Assembly (NCBI GenBank): GCA_018894615.1
Contig: JAHIPL010000005.1
Location: forward strand, 1,062-65,061
DNA from: Acidobacteriota bacterium
GTDB lineage: Bacteria; Acidobacteriota; Aminicenantia; Aminicenantales; Aminicenantaceae
Direction of reading: 5' to 3'
DNA length: 64,000 nucleotides
The notes beneath the pieces were generated by a model that was not told the origin of the DNA, made no database searches, and saw only the letters and a program-made list of their open reading frames with translations. Each line of letters opens with the position of its first letter. The first letter of the stretch is position 1. Below, one piece after another: positions 26,844-36,194 of this stretch. A program made the translations under genes and the position numbers.

Positions 26844-28404
26844 GAAGACCTGACCCCAATTTCACTTTGACGAGGGGAGTAGGGGTGAGGAGGCGGCAGA
26901 CGGGATATTCGAGCTGCCCGCGGCCCCACTGGGAGGCCAGGTATTTGTCGAAATAATTCCAGACGACGAGGCCGTCATCGCTTTCCGCTTCGAGGAGATA
27001 GGAGGCGACGAGTCCCAGCGGTTGTCCTGTGCCGACAAAAATGGTCCCGGCCGGAAATTCCCTGGTTTCAACGGCGTATTCTCCGGTTACGGAATTCATG
27101 TAGTGCCCCTGGTATAAACGGGGATTGGCCTTCAGCTCCTTCACAGCATATGTTTCCACTTCCAGTTTCACAGGCTCAAGGAGTTGTTCGACGACAACTC
27201 CGTGCTGAAGCAGCTTGTGAATGACGGCCTCGTCACGCACCGTGAGAAAATAACCGTACGGCCGACGAATGGTTTTTTTTGCGAAATAATCGGCATAAAA
27301 AGGGAGGAGGTAGGTTTTTATCCTGTCCGTTTTTGTGACCCGCGGGAAACGCCTCCCCTCGACTTCTTCGATTTCCATTTCGTATCCGATCAGCGTGATG
27401 GGTTCTTTAAGGGGACGGACGTCGTATTCGAGAGCCCAGAGGTCTTTTTCGGTCGGATTCATTCCGGTCTGAATGGTTTTCCGGTCGGCCGCAGCAACGA
27501 GGTCCCTCATTTCCCCGGCATGGGCGGAACAGAAATCAAGCACGCTCAGCAGAAAATGATAACAGCCCAGAACCCGGGTCCTGTAGTCGGCGTAGGCGTA
27601 GTTTTCATTGAGAATGGCCATTCGGTTCCGGAGACCGATGTAGTTGGTGATGTAGCGGGGTTCGGGCCCTGCGGGGCTCCATCCCTTTTCCGGATCCCGG
27701 AAATCCATAAAATTCCCGTAAGGAACACCGAGCGTGTCGTACTTGTCCTTCATGGTCGTCTGGACGGACGGGAGCAGGGTGTCCCGCACATAGCTGATGA
27801 GCGCCGCGTCACCGTTGGGATTCAGCGCTCCGACATATGTGACCGGCTCGATGTGATAGGAACCGTTTGTCGTGTGGCAGTCGATAAACAGAGTCGGATC
27901 CCAGCGGTTGAGCACGTTTTGTACAAGGCCCGTCACCTCCGGGCTTTCCTGTTTCATGCCGTCCGCATTAAAAACAGGCGCCACCAGAAGGACCAGATTG
28001 TCGAGATAGGGAGGTTTCTCCTGGGACAAGATGTCCCGGATGAGCATCAGGGACGCCTCCTTGCCCTCCACCTCGCCGGCGTGGATGTTGGCCTGGATGT
28101 AGATGACGGCTCTTTTGTCGTTTCGAAGTTCGGCCGGTGAGGCGGGCGGCGGGTTGCCGATGATCAGCAGGGGAATGCTTCGACCCTCCGTGCTGACACA
28201 GAGGATCTCCAACTGCATTCGGTCTGTCCGTTTCTGAAGGGCGTGAATGAATTGTTTCACATCCTTGTAGGTCGAGGTGGCTTTGAAATCACTCTTTTCA
28301 GCCACGGTTTGAAGGGGCTGGTCCGCTGCGCTCGAAACCGGGGAAAAGGCGAGAGCCAGCAGTATTCCCACAAAAAGAAGGGATCGAATTGACGGAGATT
28401 TCAT
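26827..28404 (-). CDS. Secreted M14 zinc carboxypeptidase. Start moved from the track's 28431 to the MKSPSIRS Met.
   Basis: Signal peptide with AxA (SSAADQ); M14 zinc motif IQANIHAGEVEGKEA (HxxE); length typical for the carboxypeptidase A/T family. Confidence 0.75.
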   Translation of the reverse strand: MKSPSIRSLLFVGILLALAFSPVSSAADQPLQTVAEKSDFKATSTYKDVKQFIHALQKRTDRMQLEILCVSTEGRSIPLLIIGNPPPASPAELRNDKRAVIYIQANIHAGEVEGKEASLMLIRDILSQEKPPYLDNLVLLVAPVFNADGMKQESPEVTGLVQNVLNRWDPTLFIDCHTTNGSYHIEPVTYVGALNPNGDAALISYVRDTLLPSVQTTMKDKYDTLGVPYGNFMDFRDPEKGWSPAGPEPRYITNYIGLRNRMAILNENYAYADYRTRVLGCYHFLLSVLDFCSAHAGEMRDLVAAADRKTIQTGMNPTEKDLWALEYDVRPLKEPITLIGYEMEIEEVEGRRFPRVTKTDRIKTYLLPFYADYFAKKTIRRPYGYFLTVRDEAVIHKLLQHGVVVEQLLEPVKLEVETYAVKELKANPRLYQGHYMNSVTGEYAVETREFPAGTIFVGTGQPLGLVASYLLEAESDDGLVVWNYFDKYLASQWGRGQLEYPVCRLLTPTPLVKVKLGSGLPIFSF

Positions 28405-28630
28405 GACGGCTGTTCCTTTTTTAAAAAGCATTGAAAGGTGAAAAGTGTAGGGGATTTTTCCCTGGTAGTCAAACTATTTCAATCCCAGGATTTTGCCCGC
28501 TTCCAGAAGACGGATGGCCTCATCCAGCCGACATCGTTCCGGCCTTTGTTAATCCATGGATATCATTTGCCGGCGCTTTTTTGACAGGAAGCCGTTTTGC
28601 CTGTCATAATATGGGAGAAAAGACTGAACC

Positions 28631-29050
28631 ATGACGATATATGGAATCTCCCGCAAAAAGGAAGACGCGCTGCGGCTTCGTTTGGAAGAACTGGGCATTC
28701 AGGAAGCCGATATCATCGAAAAATTCATCCGTTCCGGGGGAAGCGGTGGACAGAATGTCAACAAGGTCTCCACCTGCGTGTATCTGAAACATGTGCCCAC
28801 CCGGATCGAAGTCAAATGCCAGGAGGAGAGATCCCAGGCGCTCAACCGCTACCGGGCCCGTCAGATCCTGGCCGACAAGATCGAGACTGAAATCAAAGGA
28901 CGGGAAAGCGAAGAGCAGCAGCGGTTCGAAAAAATCCGCCGACAGAAGCGAAAGAGGTCAAAAAGAGCCAAGGAAAAAATGCTGGAAGACAAACGAATCC
29001 GCTCCGTCAAAAAGGTTCTGCGCCGCAAACCGTCCCCGAAAGAGGAATAG
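28631..29050 (+). CDS. GGQ-motif peptidyl-tRNA hydrolase, ArfB/YaeJ-like ribosome rescue factor
   Basis: RF-1 catalytic motif SGGSGGQNVNKVST; 139 aa with a highly basic C-terminal tail (RRQKRKRSKRAKEK), as in ArfB. Confidence 0.6.
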   Translation: MTIYGISRKKEDALRLRLEELGIQEADIIEKFIRSGGSGGQNVNKVSTCVYLKHVPTRIEVKCQEERSQALNRYRARQILADKIETEIKGRESEEQQRFEKIRRQKRKRSKRAKEKMLEDKRIRSVKKVLRRKPSPKEE

Positions 29051-29083
29051 CCTTATCCCTCCAGAGAGGGGAGAAAAAACGGC

Positions 29084-30331
29084 CTACTCGTTGGCCAGGC
29101 GGAGCATGGCCCGCAGCAGCAGATTGGCTCCCTTTTCCAGGTCATCCCAGTCGATGTTCTCTTCGGGAGAATGGCTGATGCCGTCTTCGCAGGGGATGAA
29201 GATCATTCCGGCATCGGTAAGTTCAGTCAAAAGCTGCGCGTCGTGACCGGCTCCGCTCGGCATCCGCATGCAGGCATATCCCAAAGCCCCGCATTCCTCC
29301 TCCAGGAGATCTGTGATGCGTGACGGGATCACGACCGGTTCGGTTCTGTCGACCGGCGACATGGTGAACCGGAGCCCCCGGGTGACGGCGATGTCTTCGG
29401 CCATGCGGGGGAGCTGCTTCTCCATGTCCCTCAGCGCTTCGACGGACGTGCTGCGGAAATCAAGAGTGAAATCCGTCCGGCCGGGGACGATGCTGAAAAC
29501 CCCGGGGTGGGTGAACACTCTGCCGACTGTCAGCATGCTGCCGTAATGCTCGGTGGCCACATAATGGGTGCTTTTGAGGGCAAAATCCGCCAGGCCAAGA
29601 AAAGCGTCCTGCCGCAGTTCAAAAGGAGTTGTACCGGCATGGCCGGCCCTTCCTGAAAAGCGGCACAGCCAATAATTTTTCCCTGCGATTCTGTCCACGA
29701 TGCCGATGGTCCGGTCATCCGTTTCCAGAACCGAGCCCTGTTCGATATGGATCTCCAGAAAAGCCTCCAATTCCGGCCGGGACAGATGGGCCTCGAGAAT
29801 GCCGTCGATGGTGAATTCCGTCTCGGCCAGGACATCCCGAAAAAACAGTCCGAAAGGTGTCTTTCCTTCCTCCAGGAGTTTGCGGTCGAGATGACCCAGA
29901 AAGGCGCGGCTTCCCAGGAAATCCCCGACGAGGTTGCCCTCCTCGTCCGTGAAGGAGGCCATTTCCAGGGGCCTGCGGTGAGCGAAACCCTCCTCCTTGA
30001 TCCGGCGGCAGCATTCGAGTGCGGTCAGAACACCGATGGAACCGTCAAACCGGCCGCCGTTGATGACGGTGTCGATATGGGAACCGGACATGACGGTTTT
30101 TCCTTCTCCGTCGAGGCGCCCGAATATATTTCCCGCCCCGTCGCAGCGGTAGGCCAGGCCGGCGTCCTCAATCCGGCACTTCAGCCAGGCGCGGGCCTCA
30201 AGGTCTGCCGGACTGAAAGAAGGCCGGCTTATTCCGCCCTGGGGATCGCTTCCGAAGCAGGCCAGCTCCAGAATGTCCTTTTTCAATCGATCAAAATTTA
30301 CGGTAAGCCCCATCGCTTCTTCCTTTTTCAT
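29084..30331 (-). CDS. M20-family amidohydrolase (allantoate amidohydrolase / N-carbamoyl-L-amino-acid hydrolase type)
   Basis: M20 dimerisation-domain architecture; conserved HIDTV and FTDEEG motifs. Confidence 0.7.
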   Translation of the reverse strand: MKKEEAMGLTVNFDRLKKDILELACFGSDPQGGISRPSFSPADLEARAWLKCRIEDAGLAYRCDGAGNIFGRLDGEGKTVMSGSHIDTVINGGRFDGSIGVLTALECCRRIKEEGFAHRRPLEMASFTDEEGNLVGDFLGSRAFLGHLDRKLLEEGKTPFGLFFRDVLAETEFTIDGILEAHLSRPELEAFLEIHIEQGSVLETDDRTIGIVDRIAGKNYWLCRFSGRAGHAGTTPFELRQDAFLGLADFALKSTHYVATEHYGSMLTVGRVFTHPGVFSIVPGRTDFTLDFRSTSVEALRDMEKQLPRMAEDIAVTRGLRFTMSPVDRTEPVVIPSRITDLLEEECGALGYACMRMPSGAGHDAQLLTELTDAGMIFIPCEDGISHSPEENIDWDDLEKGANLLLRAMLRLANE

Positions 30332-31041
30332 ATAAGGAGGAGGTCCCCCATATCCCGGACCGCCGTATCGATCCCCACGATGGCCGCACGGGCCACGATG
30401 GAAAAGCCGATGCTGAATCCGGTGATGTCCTCGATGGCTGCGACCGGTTCCACATTGTGGTAGTCCAGGCCGTGACCCGCATGCACTTCAAGCCCTAGAT
30501 CCGCCGCATGGGCCGCGGCCAGCCGGACGGCCTCCAGCGCCTCATCTCTCTTCCGGCCCTGGGGTGATTCGGCATAAGGCCCGGTGTTGATCTCGATCCT
30601 GTCCACATTCAGCTTGCGGCAGGCCTCGATCTGCCTTATTTCCGTGTCTACAAAAATGCTGACTTTCACACCCGCCGCCTGGAGTTCCCGGATATGGGAT
30701 TCCAGGTGCTTCTGCTGCCCGGCCGCATCCAGCCCCCCTTCCGTTGTCAGCTCTTCAGGCTGTTCCGGAACCAGGGACACAAAATCCGGTTTGACTTTGA
30801 GAGCGATTTTTTTCATGTCCTCCGTCGCCGCCATCTCCACATTCAGGGATGTCCGAACGGCCTCACGGAGACGGTGAAGATCCTTTTCTTTGATATGGCG
30901 TCGATCGCCGCGGATATGGCAGACGATGCCTTCCGCACCGGCCTGTTCGGCCAGCAAAGCCGCCAGAACGGGATCGGGATCGCTGCTTCTTCGGGCTTCA
31001 CGAAGGGTGACAAAATGGTCGATGTTGACTGATAAACGCAT
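30328..31041 (-). CDS. pdxJ: Pyridoxine 5'-phosphate synthase
   Basis: MRLSVNIDHFVTLREAR...DPDPV matches the PdxJ N-terminus; 237 aa. Confidence 0.85.
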   Translation of the reverse strand: MRLSVNIDHFVTLREARRSSDPDPVLAALLAEQAGAEGIVCHIRGDRRHIKEKDLHRLREAVRTSLNVEMAATEDMKKIALKVKPDFVSLVPEQPEELTTEGGLDAAGQQKHLESHIRELQAAGVKVSIFVDTEIRQIEACRKLNVDRIEINTGPYAESPQGRKRDEALEAVRLAAAHAADLGLEVHAGHGLDYHNVEPVAAIEDITGFSIGFSIVARAAIVGIDTAVRDMGDLLLI

Positions 31042-31092
31042 ATCGATTCTCCTTTGTTCCCTGCAAATCGGGACGTTTCCCCTTCAGTCCCT

Positions 31093-31818
31093 CTATTTCT
31101 TCGGCGCTTTCTTTTTTGCGGTCGGATTGGATGCGGAGTCTTCCGCCTCTCCATCGATTTTTTGAATCTGAATCAGGACCCGGACTTCCCTCTGAGAAGA
31201 GCCCCAGCTTAAATCGGAATTGGGAAGGATCAGGCCGACGACGATCTCCCGGGATTCAGTGAGGTTGGATCTGTCGATGGGTTGTGTTTTAAGGGTATCC
31301 GAGTCTTTGAATTTGCTGGAGGGGCCTCTGACCGGGACTTCGGTCGGGATGAGATTGTACTGCGTCAGCTTATAGCCTTCCGGCATCTTGTTTTCAAAGA
31401 CGGCTTCCACTTTCAGGAAAACCTCCTCGATGGCTTCCAGCTTCATCATCACCTGGGACGGCGAAACCGTTTTGACTTCAACCCCTTCGGGCACCAAAAT
31501 CATATCCGGGGTCAGCGGAAAATTTTCCTGATTGACTTTGACCTGTCTCAGCTCCAGAGCGGCGACGACATCCGCGGCCGTAATCCGGCTGATCAGCCGG
31601 CGGGAGGCGCGGATCTTGACGGTAACGGCCGCGATCGGGCTTTCCACGACTTCGATGTCGGGGGGGATGTTGCGCAGCTCGAGAGGCACGGTGACCGTTT
31701 TTTCCGAAAAGATTTTTTCCTCCGGAATGAAGCTGAGCCAGAGAACGAGAGCGATAAGAAAAGAAAAAAGCTTCAATCCCCAGTTTCGAATGAAAATGTC
31801 TCTCAGTATTAGATGCAT
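31093..31818 (-). CDS. YbbR-like domain protein (CdaR, regulator of diadenylate cyclase)
   Basis: N-terminal TM then repeated YbbR-like beta domains; immediately downstream of cdaA. Confidence 0.65.
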   Translation of the reverse strand: MHLILRDIFIRNWGLKLFSFLIALVLWLSFIPEEKIFSEKTVTVPLELRNIPPDIEVVESPIAAVTVKIRASRRLISRITAADVVAALELRQVKVNQENFPLTPDMILVPEGVEVKTVSPSQVMMKLEAIEEVFLKVEAVFENKMPEGYKLTQYNLIPTEVPVRGPSSKFKDSDTLKTQPIDRSNLTESREIVVGLILPNSDLSWGSSQREVRVLIQIQKIDGEAEDSASNPTAKKKAPKK

Positions 31819-31819
31819 T

Positions 31820-32587
31820 TTATTTCATATGTTCGAAAAGAATTGTTTTAAGGTCTTCTATTTTGATGTTTTTATTCAGCTTCCCGCCGATTGCCAGGGA
31901 TTTCATTCCCGTTTCCTCGGAAACGACAATAACGGCGGCGTCCGTTTCCTGACTGAGCCCGATTGCAGCCAGGTGCCGGGTTCGTGTCTGGAATTCCGGC
32001 CCGATCTTGTGGGCGGCCGGCAGAGGAAGAAGACATCCGGCGGCGAGGATTTTGTTTCCTTTGAGGATGACGGCGCCGTCGTGAAGGGGTGAATGGGGGA
32101 AAAAGATGCTGCCGAGAAGATCCTTTGTGAGCTCCGCATGGAGGATGGTTCCGCTTTCGATATAGCTTTTAAGGGAGATTTTTTTCTCGATGGCGATCAG
32201 AGCGCCTGTTTTTGTGCGGGACATATATTCGACCGCGATGAAAAGGTCCTTCCATTGTTCCGAAACCGTCCGGATGAAGTATCGGTTCCGGAATGAACGG
32301 GACCCGAGTGATGTCAGGAAGCGCCTGATTTCTCCCTGAAAAAGGATGATGACACCGATGATCAGGTAATTGGAAAAATTGCTGATGAGCCCGTGGGAAA
32401 CAACCATATTGGCCCATTTGGTGATCAGAAAAAAAAGGCCGATGAGAGCCAGCCCCATGGCCATCTGATAAGCTTTGCTGTCCTTGATCAGCATGATGAC
32501 CGAATAGATGATGACGGTCATCAGCAGAATGTCAAAGAAATCCGCCAGAGTTGAGTGTGTCAGCGCATAGAGAATGTTTGAAAACAT
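31820..32587 (-). CDS. cdaA: Diadenylate cyclase CdaA (DisA_N domain)
   Basis: Three N-terminal TM helices; DAC motifs TGALIAIE, HDGAVIL, GTRHLAAIGLSQETDA. Confidence 0.85.
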   Translation of the reverse strand: MFSNILYALTHSTLADFFDILLMTVIIYSVIMLIKDSKAYQMAMGLALIGLFFLITKWANMVVSHGLISNFSNYLIIGVIILFQGEIRRFLTSLGSRSFRNRYFIRTVSEQWKDLFIAVEYMSRTKTGALIAIEKKISLKSYIESGTILHAELTKDLLGSIFFPHSPLHDGAVILKGNKILAAGCLLPLPAAHKIGPEFQTRTRHLAAIGLSQETDAAVIVVSEETGMKSLAIGGKLNKNIKIEDLKTILFEHMK

Positions 32588-32613
32588 AGCTGTTCGAAAG
32601 CCCTTATTTTATA

Positions 32614-33486
32614 TTAACCCATTCCGACCGCCGGAAGGGTTTCTTCCTGAAGAATACGCTCCGCCACCTGAAGAGCCCTTTTTACGGGAGCGACATCGTG
32701 GACACGGATGAGATGAGCGCCCTTCATGCGGCTTAAAAGGGAAGCGGCGATGGTTCCTTCCAGACGTTCATCGACCGGAAGGTCCAGTATGGCGCCCAAG
32801 AAGGATTTTCTGGAAACGCCCACCAGAATGGGTCGGCCCAAGTCGGCGAACGAGTCCAGGTGGTTGATCAGGTGCAGGTTGTCCTCTAACCTTTTTCCAA
32901 AACCGATCCCCGGGTCCAGAATGAGGGATTCCTCCGCGATTCCGAAGTCTGCGGCGGCGGCCATTCGTTCTCGAAAAAAATCCTTGATTTCACCCAGGAC
33001 ATCGTTGTAGGAAGGGAACATCTGCATGGTTTTCGGCGTTCCCCGCATGTGCATGAGAACGACCGGCACTCCTTTTCGGGCGGCCAGCTCCCCCATGTGC
33101 GGATCAGCCCGCAGCGCGCTGATGTCGTTGATGATGTCGGCCCCCGCATCCAGGGCGGCTGCGGCCACCTCGGCTTTGACGGTATCGATGGAGATGGGAG
33201 CGTCTGTTTCGTTCCTCAGCCTGCGGATGACGGGGATCACCCTTTTCATCTCTTCGTCGGCGCTGACGGGATCGGATCCCGGACGGCTGCTCTCACCTCC
33301 GATATCGAGAATATCCGCACCCTGGCGGAGCAGTTCAAGGCCCTGTTCGACGGCGGACTCTCGTTCAAGATAGAATCCTCCGTCGCTGAAGGAATCAGGG
33401 GTCGCATTGAGCACGCCCATGATCCAGGCGGCCCGGTCGAACCGGATGTGTTTGTTCCGTAGTCGAAGAATGGGCCTCTTCATCAC
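32614..33486 (-). CDS. folP: Dihydropteroate synthase
   Basis: GVLNATPDSFSDGG pterin-binding motif. Confidence 0.9.
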   Translation of the reverse strand: MMKRPILRLRNKHIRFDRAAWIMGVLNATPDSFSDGGFYLERESAVEQGLELLRQGADILDIGGESSRPGSDPVSADEEMKRVIPVIRRLRNETDAPISIDTVKAEVAAAALDAGADIINDISALRADPHMGELAARKGVPVVLMHMRGTPKTMQMFPSYNDVLGEIKDFFRERMAAAADFGIAEESLILDPGIGFGKRLEDNLHLINHLDSFADLGRPILVGVSRKSFLGAILDLPVDERLEGTIAASLLSRMKGAHLIRVHDVAPVKRALQVAERILQEETLPAVGMG

Positions 33487-33489
33487 CTT

Positions 33490-35403
33490 TTAAGCATTCA
33501 CCGCCGCCGGCTTTTTGACCGTTTTGGTACTTTTTTTCTCTTTTGAGGGAGTAACTTTTTTATTTGCTGAGCTCTCCGCCGGGCTTTTCATTTTAGGCAG
33601 GTCATCTCCGTTGAGAAGGATGGCTATTTCACCCGCGGAGAGAATTTCTCTTTCGAGAAGCATGTCCGCGATTTTGATGAGCATGTCCTTGTTTTTGGAC
33701 AGGATGTCTTTGGCCCGCTTGAAATTGCGTTCGATCATCTTTTTCACTTCGGCGTCGATGAGCTCCGATGTGTGCTCGCTGAAATTTTTATGCGTGGTCA
33801 GGTCCCTGCCAAGAAAAATGAGATCATCCCGTTCTCCGAAGGTCAGAGGACCGAGATCGGACATCCCGTACAGGCAGACCATTTTGCGGGCGACATCCGT
33901 GGCTTCCTTGAAGTCGTTGGCCGCTCCGGTGGTCGTTTTTCCCAGAATCATCTCTTCGGCCACCCGGCCCGCCATCCAGACGGCCAGTTTCGCTTCCAAG
34001 TAAACCTTGGAGTATGTGTATTTGTCGTCCAGAGGGAGCTGCTGGGTGAGGCCCAGCGCCATTCCCCGGGGGATGATGGTCACCTTGTGAATGGGGTCCG
34101 CACCCGGGATCAGGGCCGCCACGAGCGCGTGTCCGGCTTCATGGTAGGCCGTGCTCTCCTTCTCTTCCTCGCTGATGATCATGCTCTTCCGCTCGACACC
34201 CATGAGCACCTTATCCTTCGCGCTTTCAAAGTCGAGCATGATGACGTTTTCCCGGTTAAACCGGGCGGCAAGCAGGGCCCCTTCGTTGACCATGTTGGCC
34301 AGATCGGCGCCGGTGAATCCCGGGGTGGAGCGGGCCAGAACTTTCAGGTCGACATCCTTGGCCAGGGGGATTTTTTTGATGTGGACGCGCAGTATCTGTT
34401 CCCGGCCCTTGACATCGGGCATGTTGACGATAACGCTGCGGTCGAAACGGCCGGGCCGGAGAAGGGCGCTGTCGAGAATGTCGGGCCGGTTCGTGGCGGC
34501 GATCAGAATAACGCCCTCGTTGGAGTCGAATCCGTCCATCTCGACAAGCAGCTGGTTCAGTGTCTGCTCGCGCTCGTCGTGCCCGCCTCCGAGTCCGGCG
34601 CCGCGCTGACGGCCGACGGCGTCAATCTCATCGATAAAGATGAGGCAGGGAGCGTGTTTTTTCCCCTGGTCAAAAAGATCGCGAACGCGGGAGGCGCCGA
34701 CGCCCACAAACATCTCGACAAAATCCGAGCCGCTGATGGAGAAAAAGGGCACTCCCGCTTCGCCGGCCACAGCCCTGGCTAGGAGGGTTTTTCCCGTTCC
34801 CGGCGCGCCGACCAGAAGAACGCCTTTCGGGATGCGGCCTCCCAGTTTCTGGAATTTTTTCGGATCCCTCAGGAAGCCGATGATCTCCTGCAGTTCCTCT
34901 TTGGCTTCATCAATGCCTGCCACATCCTGAAAGGTCACCCGTTTCTGAATGTCGGAAAACATTTTTGCCCGGCTTTTGCCGAAGGACATGGCCTTGTTGC
35001 CTCCGGACTGCATCTGCCGCATGAAAAAAATCCAGAAAACGATGAGGATGAGGATGGGAAAGAAGGTGAAAAGATGGCTGTACCAGGGAGTCCTGGACAC
35101 ATCCTTGACTTTTATGGTCACATTGTGGGAGCGAAGGATTTTGACGAATTCATCATAATTCGGCGGGGTTACCGTCTTCACCTGCGTCGAGTCGTTGTAT
35201 TTCCCCTTGATCTGACTGCCTTCGATGGTCACCTCGATGACGTTATTGGCTTCGACCTGGGTCATAAAATCGCTGAAATCCACTTCTGTTTTGGCGGTAC
35301 TGGGGGTCTGGAGAACACTCCACAGGAGAACGATGATGATTCCTGCCGCGATCCAGAAGATGATATTTTTGTACGGTTTCGGCTGCAAAATTTTATCAGG
35401 CAT
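33490..35403 (-). CDS. ftsH: ATP-dependent zinc metalloprotease FtsH
   Basis: Walker A GAPGTGKT, second region of homology, HEAGHAL zinc motif, N-terminal TM pair. Confidence 0.95.
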   Translation of the reverse strand: MPDKILQPKPYKNIIFWIAAGIIIVLLWSVLQTPSTAKTEVDFSDFMTQVEANNVIEVTIEGSQIKGKYNDSTQVKTVTPPNYDEFVKILRSHNVTIKVKDVSRTPWYSHLFTFFPILILIVFWIFFMRQMQSGGNKAMSFGKSRAKMFSDIQKRVTFQDVAGIDEAKEELQEIIGFLRDPKKFQKLGGRIPKGVLLVGAPGTGKTLLARAVAGEAGVPFFSISGSDFVEMFVGVGASRVRDLFDQGKKHAPCLIFIDEIDAVGRQRGAGLGGGHDEREQTLNQLLVEMDGFDSNEGVILIAATNRPDILDSALLRPGRFDRSVIVNMPDVKGREQILRVHIKKIPLAKDVDLKVLARSTPGFTGADLANMVNEGALLAARFNRENVIMLDFESAKDKVLMGVERKSMIISEEEKESTAYHEAGHALVAALIPGADPIHKVTIIPRGMALGLTQQLPLDDKYTYSKVYLEAKLAVWMAGRVAEEMILGKTTTGAANDFKEATDVARKMVCLYGMSDLGPLTFGERDDLIFLGRDLTTHKNFSEHTSELIDAEVKKMIERNFKRAKDILSKNKDMLIKIADMLLEREILSAGEIAILLNGDDLPKMKSPAESSANKKVTPSKEKKSTKTVKKPAAVNA

Positions 35404-35535
35404 ACTTTTATCCTTGTAAACGCAGTTATTCTAACATGTTTTCATCCGGTTGTCAGCAAAAATGGGCTTTTCAAAGTTGTGTCCACATCCTTTATACATT
35501 CGGGCTGCGCTATTCATTCATCCCGCTCCAATAAC

Positions 35536-35564
35536 TTGACGGGAACTGGTGCTTTGTGTAGAAT
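35536..35564 (+). promoter_or_regulatory. Sigma-70 promoter for tRNA-Ala: TTGACG, 17-nt spacer, TAGAAT
   Basis: Near-consensus -35 and -10 hexamers with a 17-nt spacer, ending about 14 nt upstream of the mature tRNA 5' end. Confidence 0.7.
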
Positions 35565-35578
35565 GCTTTGACCCGCGT

Positions 35579-35654
35579 GGGGCTGTAGCTCAGCTGGGAG
35601 AGCATTTGACTGGCAGTCAAAAGGTCGCCGGTTCGATCCCGGTCAGCTCCACCA
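35579..35654 (+). tRNA. tRNA-Ala (anticodon GGC), CCA encoded
   Basis: Cloverleaf folds by eye: 7-bp acceptor stem with the G3:U70 Ala identity pair, D-loop AGCTGGGA, anticodon loop CTGGCAG, T-loop TTCGATC, 3' ACCA followed by a T-tract. Confidence 0.85.
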
Positions 35655-36194
35655 TTTTTATTCAACCCCGTTCGTTCTTTTACCGGATTTTTTTGATCAT
35701 TCCATCTGATTTCCTGCTGTCATAGATCAAATGAATCGATCCGTGTCACGCTTATCGACAATTCGGGAGGGATCGGTATGCATCAATTGATTTTTTTCCG
35801 GATCGGATGAATAATGGTCGCATCGGATGAAGGAGGACAATATGGGAAAAGGCCGAGGTCGGGCAGGTCCGCCAGGCGCATATTGTCAAGCGGTTTGAGG
35901 AGCAGACGATCACCCACAAGGGGAAGACCGTCAACGCTTACAGCGCCGAGGTCGAAGACGACGAAGGCCGGAAAATGTCCGCGACAGTGAGCCTGGAGCT
36001 GCCGCCGATCGCCCTCTTCTCGTGCGAGGACGAAACCCTCAGGATGACCATCAATGACTGGGGGAGCGGGGCCGAGTCCAAGGTTGAGGGCCTGCCCATT
36101 CCATTCTTCCTGTGGATTGTGGAGCAGGTCGCCGCCGGTGCGGACGACTCCAAGCCCAAAAAGGTCATCAAAAAAAATCCTGATCCGCAGGCAG

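Noticed and set aside
35579-36194. tRNA-Ala as the attachment site of an integrated element
   Set aside because: There is no integrase or recombinase, no direct repeat of the tRNA 3' end, and the flanking genes (ftsH, recO) are core. Only a short degraded ORF is present.
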